This document shows, in pieces, positions 16,889 through 25,822 of a DNA stretch of 64,000 nt. The DNA comes from an uncultured virus (IMG/VR IMGVR_UViG_3300013120_000767) (taxonomy: Duplodnaviria; Heunggongvirae; Uroviricota; Caudoviricetes). Numbering within the stretch: the stretch's first letter is position 1; each line of letters starts with the position of its first letter. Under the pieces are notes generated by a model that saw only the letters and a list, made by a program, of their open reading frames with translations, searched no databases and was not told the DNA's origin. The translations under genes were made by a program, and so were the position numbers. The stretch lies in IMG/VR virus record IMGVR_UViG_3300013120_000767, positions 1 to 64,000 of that record; one strand, given 5' to 3'.

Positions 16889-18694
16889 ATGCAACGACGG
16901 CGGCCGCGCAGGCGGCGGGGACCAGTGGTAGTTTTGCCCCCTTCAGGGCAGCCCCGGGTTGTGCGCCGCCCCCGCCCCGTCATCAACGGACCCGATTACA
17001 TTACCCAACCGCAGCCGCACGGAGTGATGCGGGGGAGCGCCCGCCCTACTTCGGTCCCCCGCCGCATGAAGGCCCTTTTTTTCGTCCTCCATGTAGGATA
17101 CGTGCGGGCAACTTTGGCCTACATGACCGCTTTGCACATGGGCATTCTGGACGACCTCCATTGGGAGTGGTCGTTGTGCGAAGACCCCGAGTTGCCGGAA
17201 GAAGAGTTGCGCAGCTACGACCTCATCCTCCTATGGCCGCACGGGTGGGAGGCGTGCGACGAGCCTTGGCCTTTCTGGGAACGCTCTCGGCGTTTGCTGG
17301 CCCGGGCTCGGGAGTTGAAAATCCCGGTGTTCAGTGGGATACCCACAAAGGCGTGCGGGCATCACGCTTCTTTACAGCAGTGGGCGGAGGCGGGCATCAA
17401 GTGCCCCCAGTCCCAGCGGCTGGGCCCCAAGGAGGAAGTGCGGTTGCCCTACCCGGTTGTTTTGCGGAGGGACCGCAAAATGAGCCAGGGGAATTCCATG
17501 TACCTGGCCCGGTCCCGGGAAGAGGAACGGGAGATTCGCCAAGCGCACCCTGAGTTGGACCTGGCAGTGGAGTATATCGATGTGCGCCGGGGAGACGGGT
17601 TCTACAGCAAATACCGCTGCTACATTGCCGGCGGCACTGTAATTCCCAGGCAGGCAATGTTCTCCGACCAGTGGATAGTGACTCTGGGGCACACCGTGGG
17701 AGTGCGTTGCCCTGTTTCAGTGGCGGAGAATCAGCGCTTGTTCACTGAGGCGGACCCCGCCCGGGACGAGATACTACTCCGAGCTGCCCGGGCGGTGGGG
17801 TTGGATGCGGGGGCGGTAGACTACTCGTACACCCCCGAGGGCGACCTGGTGGTATGGGAGATCAACGCCTGCTACGGCATGGCGGGGAAGGGGAGCCGCA
17901 CCATCGATATCGCCTTTCGAAAGTCCACTGGTATTGCCAATCCGGAGATGGTCGTGCATAAGGAGCAGCAGTTGGCCTTGGTTTCCGGGCGGGAGATGCA
18001 CATGCGGGCAGTGGGGGGAGACCGGCCCGTGGCGGTCCTGTGGACCGGGGGGTGGGACTCCACGTTCCGCATCTGCCAATTGCTGGACGGGGGGGCAGAG
18101 GTGCTCCCAGTGTACTTGGCCAGCGCCCTTGACATGCGCAAGAACCAAATGTCCGAAATTGTCACCATGCAGGCCCTCCGGCCCTTGTTGCGGAAGAGGT
18201 TCCCTCGAAGTAAGGTGCTCCCCACCATGCACGTTGGCCGGCCGGGGGACCACTCGATATCTCACGGCATCCCCGGCGACCACCTGGTAACTGCCGCAGC
18301 CAAACAGATCGGGTACGGCGGCACGGGTAAGGAGAGGATGGGCAGGCAGTACGAGGCGTTTTGCCGGTTCGCTAAGCACTTTGGGGAGATGGAGCTGTGC
18401 ATCGAGGTGGGGGGGCGGGCGGAGAAGCTCCTCCGCAGCGACGTGGTGGATACTCCCCAGGGAATTCGGCTGAAACCTTACTCGGAGCTGACAGACAAGG
18501 CCCTCGAGATTTTCCGCCCCTTTGTGTTCCCCCTTATCAGGAGTACCAAGGCTCACATGCTGGCCGTCAGCGAAGAACGGGAGTACCTCCCAATCCTCAA
18601 GCGGACCTGGTCATGTTGGTTTCCTCAGAAGAACGGCTCCCCTTGCGGCCGGTGTGAGATGTGCATTCGCCGAGCGGTGCCGGCACAAGGTTAA
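16889..18694 (+). CDS. ATP-grasp ligase fused to a QueC-like PP-loop domain
   Basis: ATP-grasp: YPVVLR, LAVEYID, KYRCY, GLDAGAVDY, VWEINA. QueC-like: VLWTGGWDST...TKAHM...TWSCWFP...PCGRCEMCIRR. Confidence 0.75.
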   Translation: MQRRRPRRRRGPVVVLPPSGQPRVVRRPRPVINGPDYITQPQPHGVMRGSARPTSVPRRMKALFFVLHVGYVRATLAYMTALHMGILDDLHWEWSLCEDPELPEEELRSYDLILLWPHGWEACDEPWPFWERSRRLLARARELKIPVFSGIPTKACGHHASLQQWAEAGIKCPQSQRLGPKEEVRLPYPVVLRRDRKMSQGNSMYLARSREEEREIRQAHPELDLAVEYIDVRRGDGFYSKYRCYIAGGTVIPRQAMFSDQWIVTLGHTVGVRCPVSVAENQRLFTEADPARDEILLRAARAVGLDAGAVDYSYTPEGDLVVWEINACYGMAGKGSRTIDIAFRKSTGIANPEMVVHKEQQLALVSGREMHMRAVGGDRPVAVLWTGGWDSTFRICQLLDGGAEVLPVYLASALDMRKNQMSEIVTMQALRPLLRKRFPRSKVLPTMHVGRPGDHSISHGIPGDHLVTAAAKQIGYGGTGKERMGRQYEAFCRFAKHFGEMELCIEVGGRAEKLLRSDVVDTPQGIRLKPYSELTDKALEIFRPFVFPLIRSTKAHMLAVSEEREYLPILKRTWSCWFPQKNGSPCGRCEMCIRRAVPAQG

Positions 18695-18801
18695 AAAACG
18701 AGTTTCTTTAGCCTTGTGCTGGTGGCTACGTCTCCCCTGGGCCCGCAGGACGGGGGGAGCGCTCCTTGTTCAGGGCTGTTGCGTACTCCTCGTAGTTAGG
18801 G

Positions 18802-18831
18802 TTGCCTTTCAAGGCGACTAAGTGCTATAAT
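18802..18831 (+). promoter_or_regulatory. sigma70-type promoter for the terminase
   Basis: TTGCCT-N18-TATAAT with a TG extended -10. Confidence 0.7.
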
Positions 18832-18855
18832 ACCACGACGAAAAGGGGGGACCTC

Positions 18856-20556
18856 TTGCTTTTCCCGTTCAGGCAGTTACCGCCCAAGGAGTCGGAAGAG
18901 GAAATTTTGGAGTTGCCCCCTATTCCGCTGTCTGAATTAGCGCCCACTTTGTTGAACATCCAAACTCCAAGTGGGGTGGTGCCTCTCAGTTATGAAGACC
19001 GCCCTTTCCTCCGGCAGATTGTGGACAGCTTTCCGGCAATGAGGAAGATGTTTTTTCTGTGGGGCCGGCAACTGGAAAAATCGACCTCGTTGGCGGTAAT
19101 TCCCCTCCTGCTTTCTACTTTGCAGACTATGACCGTCCAGTACACTTCGGGGACGCTCACCCAAGCGATGGAGTTCTCCCACTGGAAGCTGGACGGGTTC
19201 ATCAAACACTCCGAGTTCCTCAGGAGCATCTACGACACGCGGGGTGTCCAGCTGATGTACAACCGGCGGGAGAAGGAGAGCTACACTGGCTCCCGCATCC
19301 TGACAGGCACCGCCTTTGGTGACGCCGCCCGAATTCGTGGTGTGCCTGCTGACATGTTGGAGATGGACGAGCTTGAGCTGGTGCAGTTGGAGGTGGTGCC
19401 GGTGTTGCAGCATTCGCTCCACCACTCCCCCTACAAGTATGAGCTCCATGCGGCCACACCCTTGTCCACTGACAACACTGCCTGGGTGTACTGGGACAAG
19501 TACTCCGTCCAGCATGAGTGGGGCATCCCTTGCTCTTGCCGGTCGATGTCCAGCGGGGTGGGCCAGATCAATATGAACTCCTTCCATTGGAACATTCTTA
19601 CCCCCCGTAACCTCTCCCGGTCCGGCCCCATTTGCGACAAGTGTGGGAGGCTCATTGACACCTTGGAGGGGAAGTGGCTGCGGACTACGGGCACCCAGTC
19701 CCCCCGCACCTGGCACGCCTTCCGGCTGCCTCAGTTGGCCGCCCCCTACACTGACTACGACGACATCGTGACCAGCATGGAGCAGCGGCCAATCGAGACC
19801 ATGCAGGAGTCCTTCGCCCTGTCCGTGACGCAGGCCCGGCAGGTCTTCACCGACGCCCTGATTGAGAAGATCAGCGATGCGGAGCTGCCCAATACTGAGG
19901 ATAACGTGTTGGCTCGGGCCGGCGTGTACCCCATGTTCGTGGGCGTCGACTGGGGCGCTGGCGGCCAATCCGCCACAGTCATCGTGTTCGGGGCGTACAT
20001 CAAAGACATCTTTACGTTCGTAGGGGGCTTCCGTTACTTCGAGTTAGGGCTCCCGGACCTGGAGGAGTACCGGGTGGGGACTGAAGTGGACGCCTACCTT
20101 CCCTTCCTGCCGTTGCTGCGGCAAGTGCGCATCGCCAAGCTGGGAGCGGACGCTGGAATGGGGTACGTGCGTAACCGGATGCTTGTCAGCATATTCGGGG
20201 CGGAGCGGTTCGTGCAGGTCCAGTATGTCAACCAGAACGCCCCTATCAAGTTTGCCCCCCACGACCTCATTGTGAAGGTCAGCCGAGACGAGATGCTCAC
20301 CAATGTGGTGACGGCGATGAAGATGACCCCCTCCCGTTTCAAGCTCCCCCGGATGGCGGATTTGCGGGCGCACCATTGGTACCAGGACTTGAAGGCGGTG
20401 AAGGCGGAAGTGGACAGAAAGGGAAAGGTGCGGTACATTCACAGTGAGAATGAGACGGATGACTACTTCCATGCTATGTTCAACTGTCTCCTGGCGTCGC
20501 ATTTGGTGTATCCGCGCAGCGACATGTTCCCGGCGGCATCTTTCCAGTTGACATAA
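18856..20556 (+). CDS. terL: terminase large subunit
   Basis: GRQLEKST Walker-A-like, LEMDE Walker B, ATP coupling motif, Zn-type Cys pairs, RNase-H-like GVDWG, ADAG and DDYFHA; TTG 18856 follows an AAGGGGGG RBS. Confidence 0.85.
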   Translation: MLFPFRQLPPKESEEEILELPPIPLSELAPTLLNIQTPSGVVPLSYEDRPFLRQIVDSFPAMRKMFFLWGRQLEKSTSLAVIPLLLSTLQTMTVQYTSGTLTQAMEFSHWKLDGFIKHSEFLRSIYDTRGVQLMYNRREKESYTGSRILTGTAFGDAARIRGVPADMLEMDELELVQLEVVPVLQHSLHHSPYKYELHAATPLSTDNTAWVYWDKYSVQHEWGIPCSCRSMSSGVGQINMNSFHWNILTPRNLSRSGPICDKCGRLIDTLEGKWLRTTGTQSPRTWHAFRLPQLAAPYTDYDDIVTSMEQRPIETMQESFALSVTQARQVFTDALIEKISDAELPNTEDNVLARAGVYPMFVGVDWGAGGQSATVIVFGAYIKDIFTFVGGFRYFELGLPDLEEYRVGTEVDAYLPFLPLLRQVRIAKLGADAGMGYVRNRMLVSIFGAERFVQVQYVNQNAPIKFAPHDLIVKVSRDEMLTNVVTAMKMTPSRFKLPRMADLRAHHWYQDLKAVKAEVDRKGKVRYIHSENETDDYFHAMFNCLLASHLVYPRSDMFPAASFQLT

Positions 20557-20659
20557 GGGAGGTGGATGAGGTAATGAAAGGAGTATCAGGCCAAACGGCC
20601 CTATCTCGCACGGCTTCTCCCCGCAAGCGTGGGGAGAGCTGCGTTTGGAGGTCAGCTCG

Positions 20660-21418
20660 GTGAAGGACAGGCAAAGCAAGTCCATGGCTGCCCTCATCGG
20701 TGCGGGGGGCCTCAAAGCTGTCATGGCCGACCTCCCCAAGGGAACTATTGAGCACGCTGTAGAGGGAGGGGTCCTCCGCCGCATGCAGCGGAAACGGGTG
20801 CGGGAAGCCTTCCGAATGAAGCGGCTCCTTGCCTCCTTCCGCAGGCGAGGACTTCCCCGGGCGGCTGGCGGAGTAGCGGTAGGGGCAGCGACTTTTCCGA
20901 TATTCGTTAGCGGCGTGAAAGACTTGAAGTCCGGCGACCCCGGCCGAAGAGCTCGGGGGATGACCAAGATCCTGGCCAGCGGCATTGTCTACTCGGGAGG
21001 CAAAGGGGGCGTGGAGTACGCCCTTGAGCGGGCCCAGTCGGGGAAGAAATTGACCGCTGCGGGGATGCGTAAGGTGTTTGGCCGGGCGTTTGCTGCCAGG
21101 GCGGTACCGGGATTGGCGGCGGCAGCTGTGACAGCGGGGAGCATTGGCTACGGCCTGAAACGCAAGAAAAAAAAGGGAGGCTCGATTATTCCCCTGGTAG
21201 CGGGGGTAGGGGGGTTGACTGCGGCGGCTAAGCAAGTACCGGAAACGGTGTTCTTCAAGGCCAAAGGATCACCTCTGAAGTTGCGCACGTACAGAAAAGT
21301 CCTGCGCCGTCCCAAGTTGTGGCTGCCGAGAGTGGTCGGCCGGGGGGTTGCCGGGGCTTTTGGAGCTGGGATTTTGGGAGCCGTGACGGAGCGGGTGTTG
21401 CGGGATTCTAAGAAGTAG
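20660..21418 (+). CDS. basic Gly/Ala-rich protein with several hydrophobic segments (putative internal virion protein)
   Basis: K/R-rich with GxxxG-like stretches; GTG 20660 follows GGAGGT. Confidence 0.6.
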   Translation: MKDRQSKSMAALIGAGGLKAVMADLPKGTIEHAVEGGVLRRMQRKRVREAFRMKRLLASFRRRGLPRAAGGVAVGAATFPIFVSGVKDLKSGDPGRRARGMTKILASGIVYSGGKGGVEYALERAQSGKKLTAAGMRKVFGRAFAARAVPGLAAAAVTAGSIGYGLKRKKKKGGSIIPLVAGVGGLTAAAKQVPETVFFKAKGSPLKLRTYRKVLRRPKLWLPRVVGRGVAGAFGAGILGAVTERVLRDSKK

Positions 21419-21442
21419 AGTCCTGCGGAATTCACCTTTTCC

Positions 21443-21470
21443 TTGTCATGAGCTGTTTCTTTGTTACCAT
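21443..21470 (+). promoter_or_regulatory. sigma70-type promoter for the head genes
   Basis: TTGTCA-N16-TACCAT with a TG extended -10. Confidence 0.55.
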
Positions 21471-21493
21471 AGTAATGTGTATGGAGGTCGGCG

Positions 21494-22234
21494 ATGGAAG
21501 TGTATCCTGAACTTCTCACCGAAATGGCAATCACCATAGTCAAGGCGTTTTTCCACAATGAAGGGAAGAAGGACCTGTCAACGTTGGTTGCGGAAAATGT
21601 TGCCCGGTTCGCGCGAATACACAAGGGGAAAGCTTTGACGGATACTCACGTCCGCACCCTTTGTCAAATGGTCAATCGGGCAGTCCACAAGAACGCGTTC
21701 AAGAAGCATCGCTTGGTCCGCTTCAAATTGGCCTCCTTGGCCAAGGTACGGCTGGGGGGGAGGGCGAGGAAGGAAGCGAAGGGCCCACCCCTCACCCTCC
21801 CGGAGTTGCGCCGAGTAGGGCCGGTGTCGCACACCTCCAAGGCGAAAAAGGCCAAGAGGAAGCCGAAAATCCCTCTGCGGGACAAGCTCCCAGGGCACCG
21901 CCATTTGAAGAAGACGGCAGCCGCCGAGGTTCTCAGTGAGAGCTTGGGGGATCTGACCGGAACGGTCAACGCAGCGCTGCGGAAGTTGCCTCCTGAGGAA
22001 CTCATGGGGCTGGCGGTAGTCTTGGACCGGGGGCACGGGTCCACCGTCCTTACCCGAGTTATGCAGGGGGCCTTGGAGAAGACAGCCGACATAGACTTCG
22101 ACAAGGTGGCCCAGTATACTGGAATGACCCCGTCAGCAGAGCACCCGGTGGTGGCGTCGATGACATCATTTTTGACGGCTGTGGCTGCGTATACCGACGC
22201 CTCCGCCAAGTTGGAGGGGGCATGGGTCAAGTAG
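21494..22234 (+). CDS. head-region protein with KxA motifs
   Basis: LEKTA, FDKVA and LKKTA; GGAGGT RBS. Confidence 0.65.
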   Translation: MEVYPELLTEMAITIVKAFFHNEGKKDLSTLVAENVARFARIHKGKALTDTHVRTLCQMVNRAVHKNAFKKHRLVRFKLASLAKVRLGGRARKEAKGPPLTLPELRRVGPVSHTSKAKKAKRKPKIPLRDKLPGHRHLKKTAAAEVLSESLGDLTGTVNAALRKLPPEELMGLAVVLDRGHGSTVLTRVMQGALEKTADIDFDKVAQYTGMTPSAEHPVVASMTSFLTAVAAYTDASAKLEGAWVK

Positions 22235-22563
22235 GGCCATTGCTTGCGGCTGCGGTTGCGGAATACCAACGCCGGAAGGAGCTGGAGAAGGTCGCTGTGG
22301 TGCGCCTTTTCAAACCACAGACTCGGTATGACCGGGTAGCGGGGTATCTGCGCAAGGTAACTTCCTCCCCGGTCAACCCGTACACAATCGCTACTCGCCC
22401 GGCGCAGTCGGCCGTACGAAAGGCGTTACGGGGTGGGATAGGGGCAACCGCGGGGAGAGCGATGCGGTTGGGTATTGCGGGGCTCTTTGCCCATGAATTT
22501 ATCACTGGGATGCGGGCGAACATGGCCGCCAGCCGGAAAGCCATGCAAATTTGGGGGACGTGA
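22222..22563 (+). CDS. small basic head-region protein
   Basis: ELEKVA followed by a basic segment and a hydrophobic helix. Confidence 0.6.
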   Translation: MGQVGPLLAAAVAEYQRRKELEKVAVVRLFKPQTRYDRVAGYLRKVTSSPVNPYTIATRPAQSAVRKALRGGIGATAGRAMRLGIAGLFAHEFITGMRANMAASRKAMQIWGT

Positions 22564-23048
22564 TGGCCATTGACAAAGCAGTACTTGCACAGTTCATAGC
22601 AGACCGCAGCGAAGACGGCCTTGAGAAGGACGCCTTCATGAAGGGCTTTCGTAGTGCCTGGGCAGCTCGCCGAGCAGCAGGGGCGGCCGCCCGTAAAAAA
22701 GTAGTAGCAGCGAAGGTTCGGGGGAAGGCAACTATGGCCAGAACAAAAAGGGCAATGCGGAGGAAGGAAGTGGCCGCCAAGGGCACAGCTCGAGTAGAGG
22801 CAGTCACCGGCAAGTACGCCCGCAAAGCAGAAATCAGAGAAGCTCGACACGCTGCCCGGATGAAGCGCATTCAGAGTGGCCAGGGTCGCTTTGCTGGGCT
22901 TTTCCAGCGGGCCGCCAAGGAGCAACCAGCCGCACCAGCGCGTAAGTGGCTGTGGCCGGCAGTAGGCGCAGGCGGCGCATTGGTCGCAGGGGGCGCCTAC
23001 ATGGCCAGCAGGGGCCAGCGCCCGTCGTACGTGCCCGCCAACTATTAG
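22563..23048 (+). CDS. basic head-region protein
   Basis: GLEKDA, then an R/K/A-rich segment and a Gly-rich hydrophobic tail; TGATG coupling. Confidence 0.65.
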   Translation: MAIDKAVLAQFIADRSEDGLEKDAFMKGFRSAWAARRAAGAAARKKVVAAKVRGKATMARTKRAMRRKEVAAKGTARVEAVTGKYARKAEIREARHAARMKRIQSGQGRFAGLFQRAAKEQPAAPARKWLWPAVGAGGALVAGGAYMASRGQRPSYVPANY

Positions 23049-23059
23049 GAGGAGCCAAC

Positions 23060-23521
23060 ATGCCAGGAGGAAGGATAGGCAAGCTACTCGCCAAGGCCAG
23101 CAAGGCGTGGCGGCGCACCCCGAAAAAGAGGAAGACCCTCGCTCGAATCGCTAGTGCGGCCGGCCCCACTGGGGTCCTTCTGGGTACGTCCTTGGCTGCG
23201 GCGGCTGCGATAGCCGGTGGGGTGGCTGCGCATGAGCGCCTTACTCGGGACGGGGATTTCCAGAGAGCACTTGGTGAGTCCCCCAGCTTGCGGAGGAAGC
23301 AAGTACGGGCATACAAGCACTTCATGTCCTTGCGTCGGATGAACCCAACCCTTTCCCGGGACCCGCTGGCGGCAGCTGGGTACATGAACAAGGGGATGGC
23401 CTTTGAGCAGGAGGGAATTGATCCCTCCGTAGTCCTGGCGTTGGCGCAGCCAGCGGACAAAGGAGTGTTTGACCCCATGAAGGCGGCGACTCTCCATCAG
23501 AAGATGATGGGGGAGGTCTGA
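23060..23521 (+). CDS. basic head-region protein
   Basis: AGGAGGAG RBS; basic N-terminus and an Ala/Gly hydrophobic segment. Confidence 0.65.
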   Translation: MPGGRIGKLLAKASKAWRRTPKKRKTLARIASAAGPTGVLLGTSLAAAAAIAGGVAAHERLTRDGDFQRALGESPSLRRKQVRAYKHFMSLRRMNPTLSRDPLAAAGYMNKGMAFEQEGIDPSVVLALAQPADKGVFDPMKAATLHQKMMGEV

Positions 23522-23524
23522 CAA

Positions 23525-25243
23525 ATGCTCCACAAAGCACTCGACGTCCCCGCCTTTGACGATCACCACCACCAGCGAGTGTTCACCCTGACCGGTTTGG
23601 AAAAGACGGCGGCAGCCCTCCCAGCTGGAGCTAAGTCTCATTTCTCGGCGGCGTTACAGAGCCAGATCAAGTTGATCAAACCGCACCCTGCCTACTCGTA
23701 CATGGTGATCATTCCCATTGGAGCATTCGAGTACTGGGGCCCCAACTCCCGGGGCGACGCTGTCCTGGAGGAGCATCTGGCTCCGACCAACTGGCAGACC
23801 TGTAAAGTATATGCTAAGCGCCCCTATGGGTACCGTACGTTCCTCAATGGGAAGTTTTTTGCCCACCACAAGAACAAGCCGCAAAAGGGGCATCCGGTCT
23901 ACGGCGACGTCATTTTCACCAACTACAACTGGGGGATGCACTGGATTGAGCTGCTGGTCAAAGTCTTCCGAGAGCCGCTGGCCAAGGACCACCCGGACAT
24001 CTTGAATTGGATTGACAGCGGTCATCCCTTCGACGTGTCCATGGGGATGTACGCTGTTGCTGACGTCTGCCCGATTTGTGGGAATACTCGGCGCCACCAC
24101 GAGGACCCGGCGTGTTTGCACATCAATAGGCGGTTCATTGGCACCATCATGCCCAACGGCCGAGTGGCCTGCATGGTCAATCTCTACCCCAAGTTCCATG
24201 ACATCTCGGCAGTGGACGAGGGGGCGGACACCTTAGCGCATGGGCTGCTGAAGGTGGCGGCCAAAGACGGCTCTATGTCTTCGGGAGTACCTGCTTCCCG
24301 CATCCCCAAAGCTCGGGTGACGGCGGCGTTGCGGGAACTGGTGCGCAAGGGCGCCATTGCCAAAGCTGGGAAAGTTCCGGCCCTTCGCAGTTCGTCTCCG
24401 GCGCAGTTGGAGAAGCGCTTCCTCATCAGGAAGATGGCGGAGATGTTCAGCAAGGAAGCCAGCATCGACCCCGGCGCTTTGCTGGCAGCGGGGGACAAGC
24501 ATGGCCCAGGGCTGATCCTCTCCCTCATACGCAACAAGGTTCTGCTTGACCCTCGGGAGTTTACAGCGGCTTTCCTTGGAGCGCAGGGGAAGAGGAAGCA
24601 AGGACTCCTGATAATCAAGAAGCAAGTCATGATTCCGTTTCCTGACGGGGTCACTCCTGTAGAAGTTGACGGTACCGACAAGCCGGGGGTTTCTGCGGAC
24701 AGGCACGTGCAGCGCAAACTGGCGCCGCACCGTTCTATCCTTCCCAAGATTCTACGTGCCCGCCTCCGACGTCTGTTGGACCGCTTGGCGCTGGCGGAGG
24801 AGACTCTCTCCAATACCCGAACGGAGCTGGAGGAGTGGGGGATTGAGAAGAACGCTGAATTGGAGGGGGCCTACCGGAACTACCTGGGCATGATCATGAC
24901 CGCGCCCGATGTAGCTGTTCCTTTGATGGGGGACTCCCCCTACGCCCTGGCCAGCGACCGGGAAGTGTTGGGGATCGAGAAGCAAGCTGGTTTGACGACT
25001 TTGCTGATTGCTCCCAGTCTCACCATCCCCCTGTGGCTTATGGCTCGAACAGCGAGCAAGAACCAGGAAGCGAACGCTGAGCAGTTGGCGCTCTTGGCGG
25101 CATTGGCGGGGGCACGAAGCAAAGGCCCCCGAGTGACAGTCATCAATCCCCCACCTATGCCTGACCTGCGGCCGACGGCCCTGCCTTACGCCTTGCTCCA
25201 CAGCCTGGCCAACGACCCGGAATTGCGGGAAGAGGGGGAGTAA
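23525..25243 (+). CDS. prohead (capsid maturation) protease
   Basis: GPNSRGD, FAHHKN (His), DVSMG (Ser), CPICG...CLH and FHDISAVDEGAD; lies between terL and the capsid gene; the domain is bracketed by LEKTA and LLKVA. Confidence 0.75.
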   Translation: MLHKALDVPAFDDHHHQRVFTLTGLEKTAAALPAGAKSHFSAALQSQIKLIKPHPAYSYMVIIPIGAFEYWGPNSRGDAVLEEHLAPTNWQTCKVYAKRPYGYRTFLNGKFFAHHKNKPQKGHPVYGDVIFTNYNWGMHWIELLVKVFREPLAKDHPDILNWIDSGHPFDVSMGMYAVADVCPICGNTRRHHEDPACLHINRRFIGTIMPNGRVACMVNLYPKFHDISAVDEGADTLAHGLLKVAAKDGSMSSGVPASRIPKARVTAALRELVRKGAIAKAGKVPALRSSSPAQLEKRFLIRKMAEMFSKEASIDPGALLAAGDKHGPGLILSLIRNKVLLDPREFTAAFLGAQGKRKQGLLIIKKQVMIPFPDGVTPVEVDGTDKPGVSADRHVQRKLAPHRSILPKILRARLRRLLDRLALAEETLSNTRTELEEWGIEKNAELEGAYRNYLGMIMTAPDVAVPLMGDSPYALASDREVLGIEKQAGLTTLLIAPSLTIPLWLMARTASKNQEANAEQLALLAALAGARSKGPRVTVINPPPMPDLRPTALPYALLHSLANDPELREEGE

Positions 25244-25244
25244 C

Positions 25245-25565
25245 GTGGACCCTTTCGTCGCCGGCTTCATGGCTGCCCTGGAAGACGGGTTGGATAAGGA
25301 GGGCATGGCCCGCATGGTAGCTCAAACTCCGGGGCTGCGGGCGGTAGCTATGGGCAAAGAGCGGATGGGCGCCGGAGGCGCCCGAATACCTTCCATCATA
25401 GCAGGCACTCGAGCCGGCCCGAAAGTGCTCAGGCCACGAGTTCAGAAGCCGGCAGGGGGCCTCTTGAGCAATATTCGTCGCGGAACTACGCAGCAAACCG
25501 GGCTCAACCCTAAGGCCAAAGCCGAAAGGATGGGGTTGACTGCAAAACCAAAGATGGGGCAATAA
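25245..25565 (+). CDS. small basic head-region protein
   Basis: GFMAALEDGLDKEG leader followed by an R/K/G-rich segment. Confidence 0.6.
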   Translation: MDPFVAGFMAALEDGLDKEGMARMVAQTPGLRAVAMGKERMGAGGARIPSIIAGTRAGPKVLRPRVQKPAGGLLSNIRRGTTQQTGLNPKAKAERMGLTAKPKMGQ

Positions 25566-25716
25566 GCGCCTACGAGAATTTGGGCCGGGAGCGAGTTTGC
25601 CAAGATCCTTAAAAGAGTACGCGGGCGCCCGCATCCGTGGGTGACGTCCGCGTTCCAGAAAGTGCGCCTGCGAGCTAAGTAATTCTCCCCCCGTTTACTT
25701 TTTTGCAAGTTTTTCC

Positions 25717-25747
25717 TTGCGCTGACTTCCTCAGCAGGTTATACATT
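25717..25747 (+). promoter_or_regulatory. putative promoter for the scaffold/capsid operon
   Basis: TTGCGC-N17-TATACA(TT), preceded by T-tracts in a ~255-bp gap. Confidence 0.45.
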
Positions 25748-25822
25748 AGGAGTAAGGCGAGCATTTACGGATGCTAAGACCCACCTTGGTCAAACCAACA
25801 GAACATGTCAGGAGGAGTGAAG

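Noticed and set aside
18020..18694. Canonical queC or a 7-deazaguanine DNA-modification pathway
   Set aside because: The PP-loop is a variant, the domain is fused to ATP-grasp, and no folE, queD, queE or dpdA is in the window. No gene symbol was assigned; the rest of the genome is unseen.
18802..18855. ORF-track start of terL at TTG 18802
   Set aside because: That TTG is the -35 box of the promoter; an RBS supports TTG 18856.
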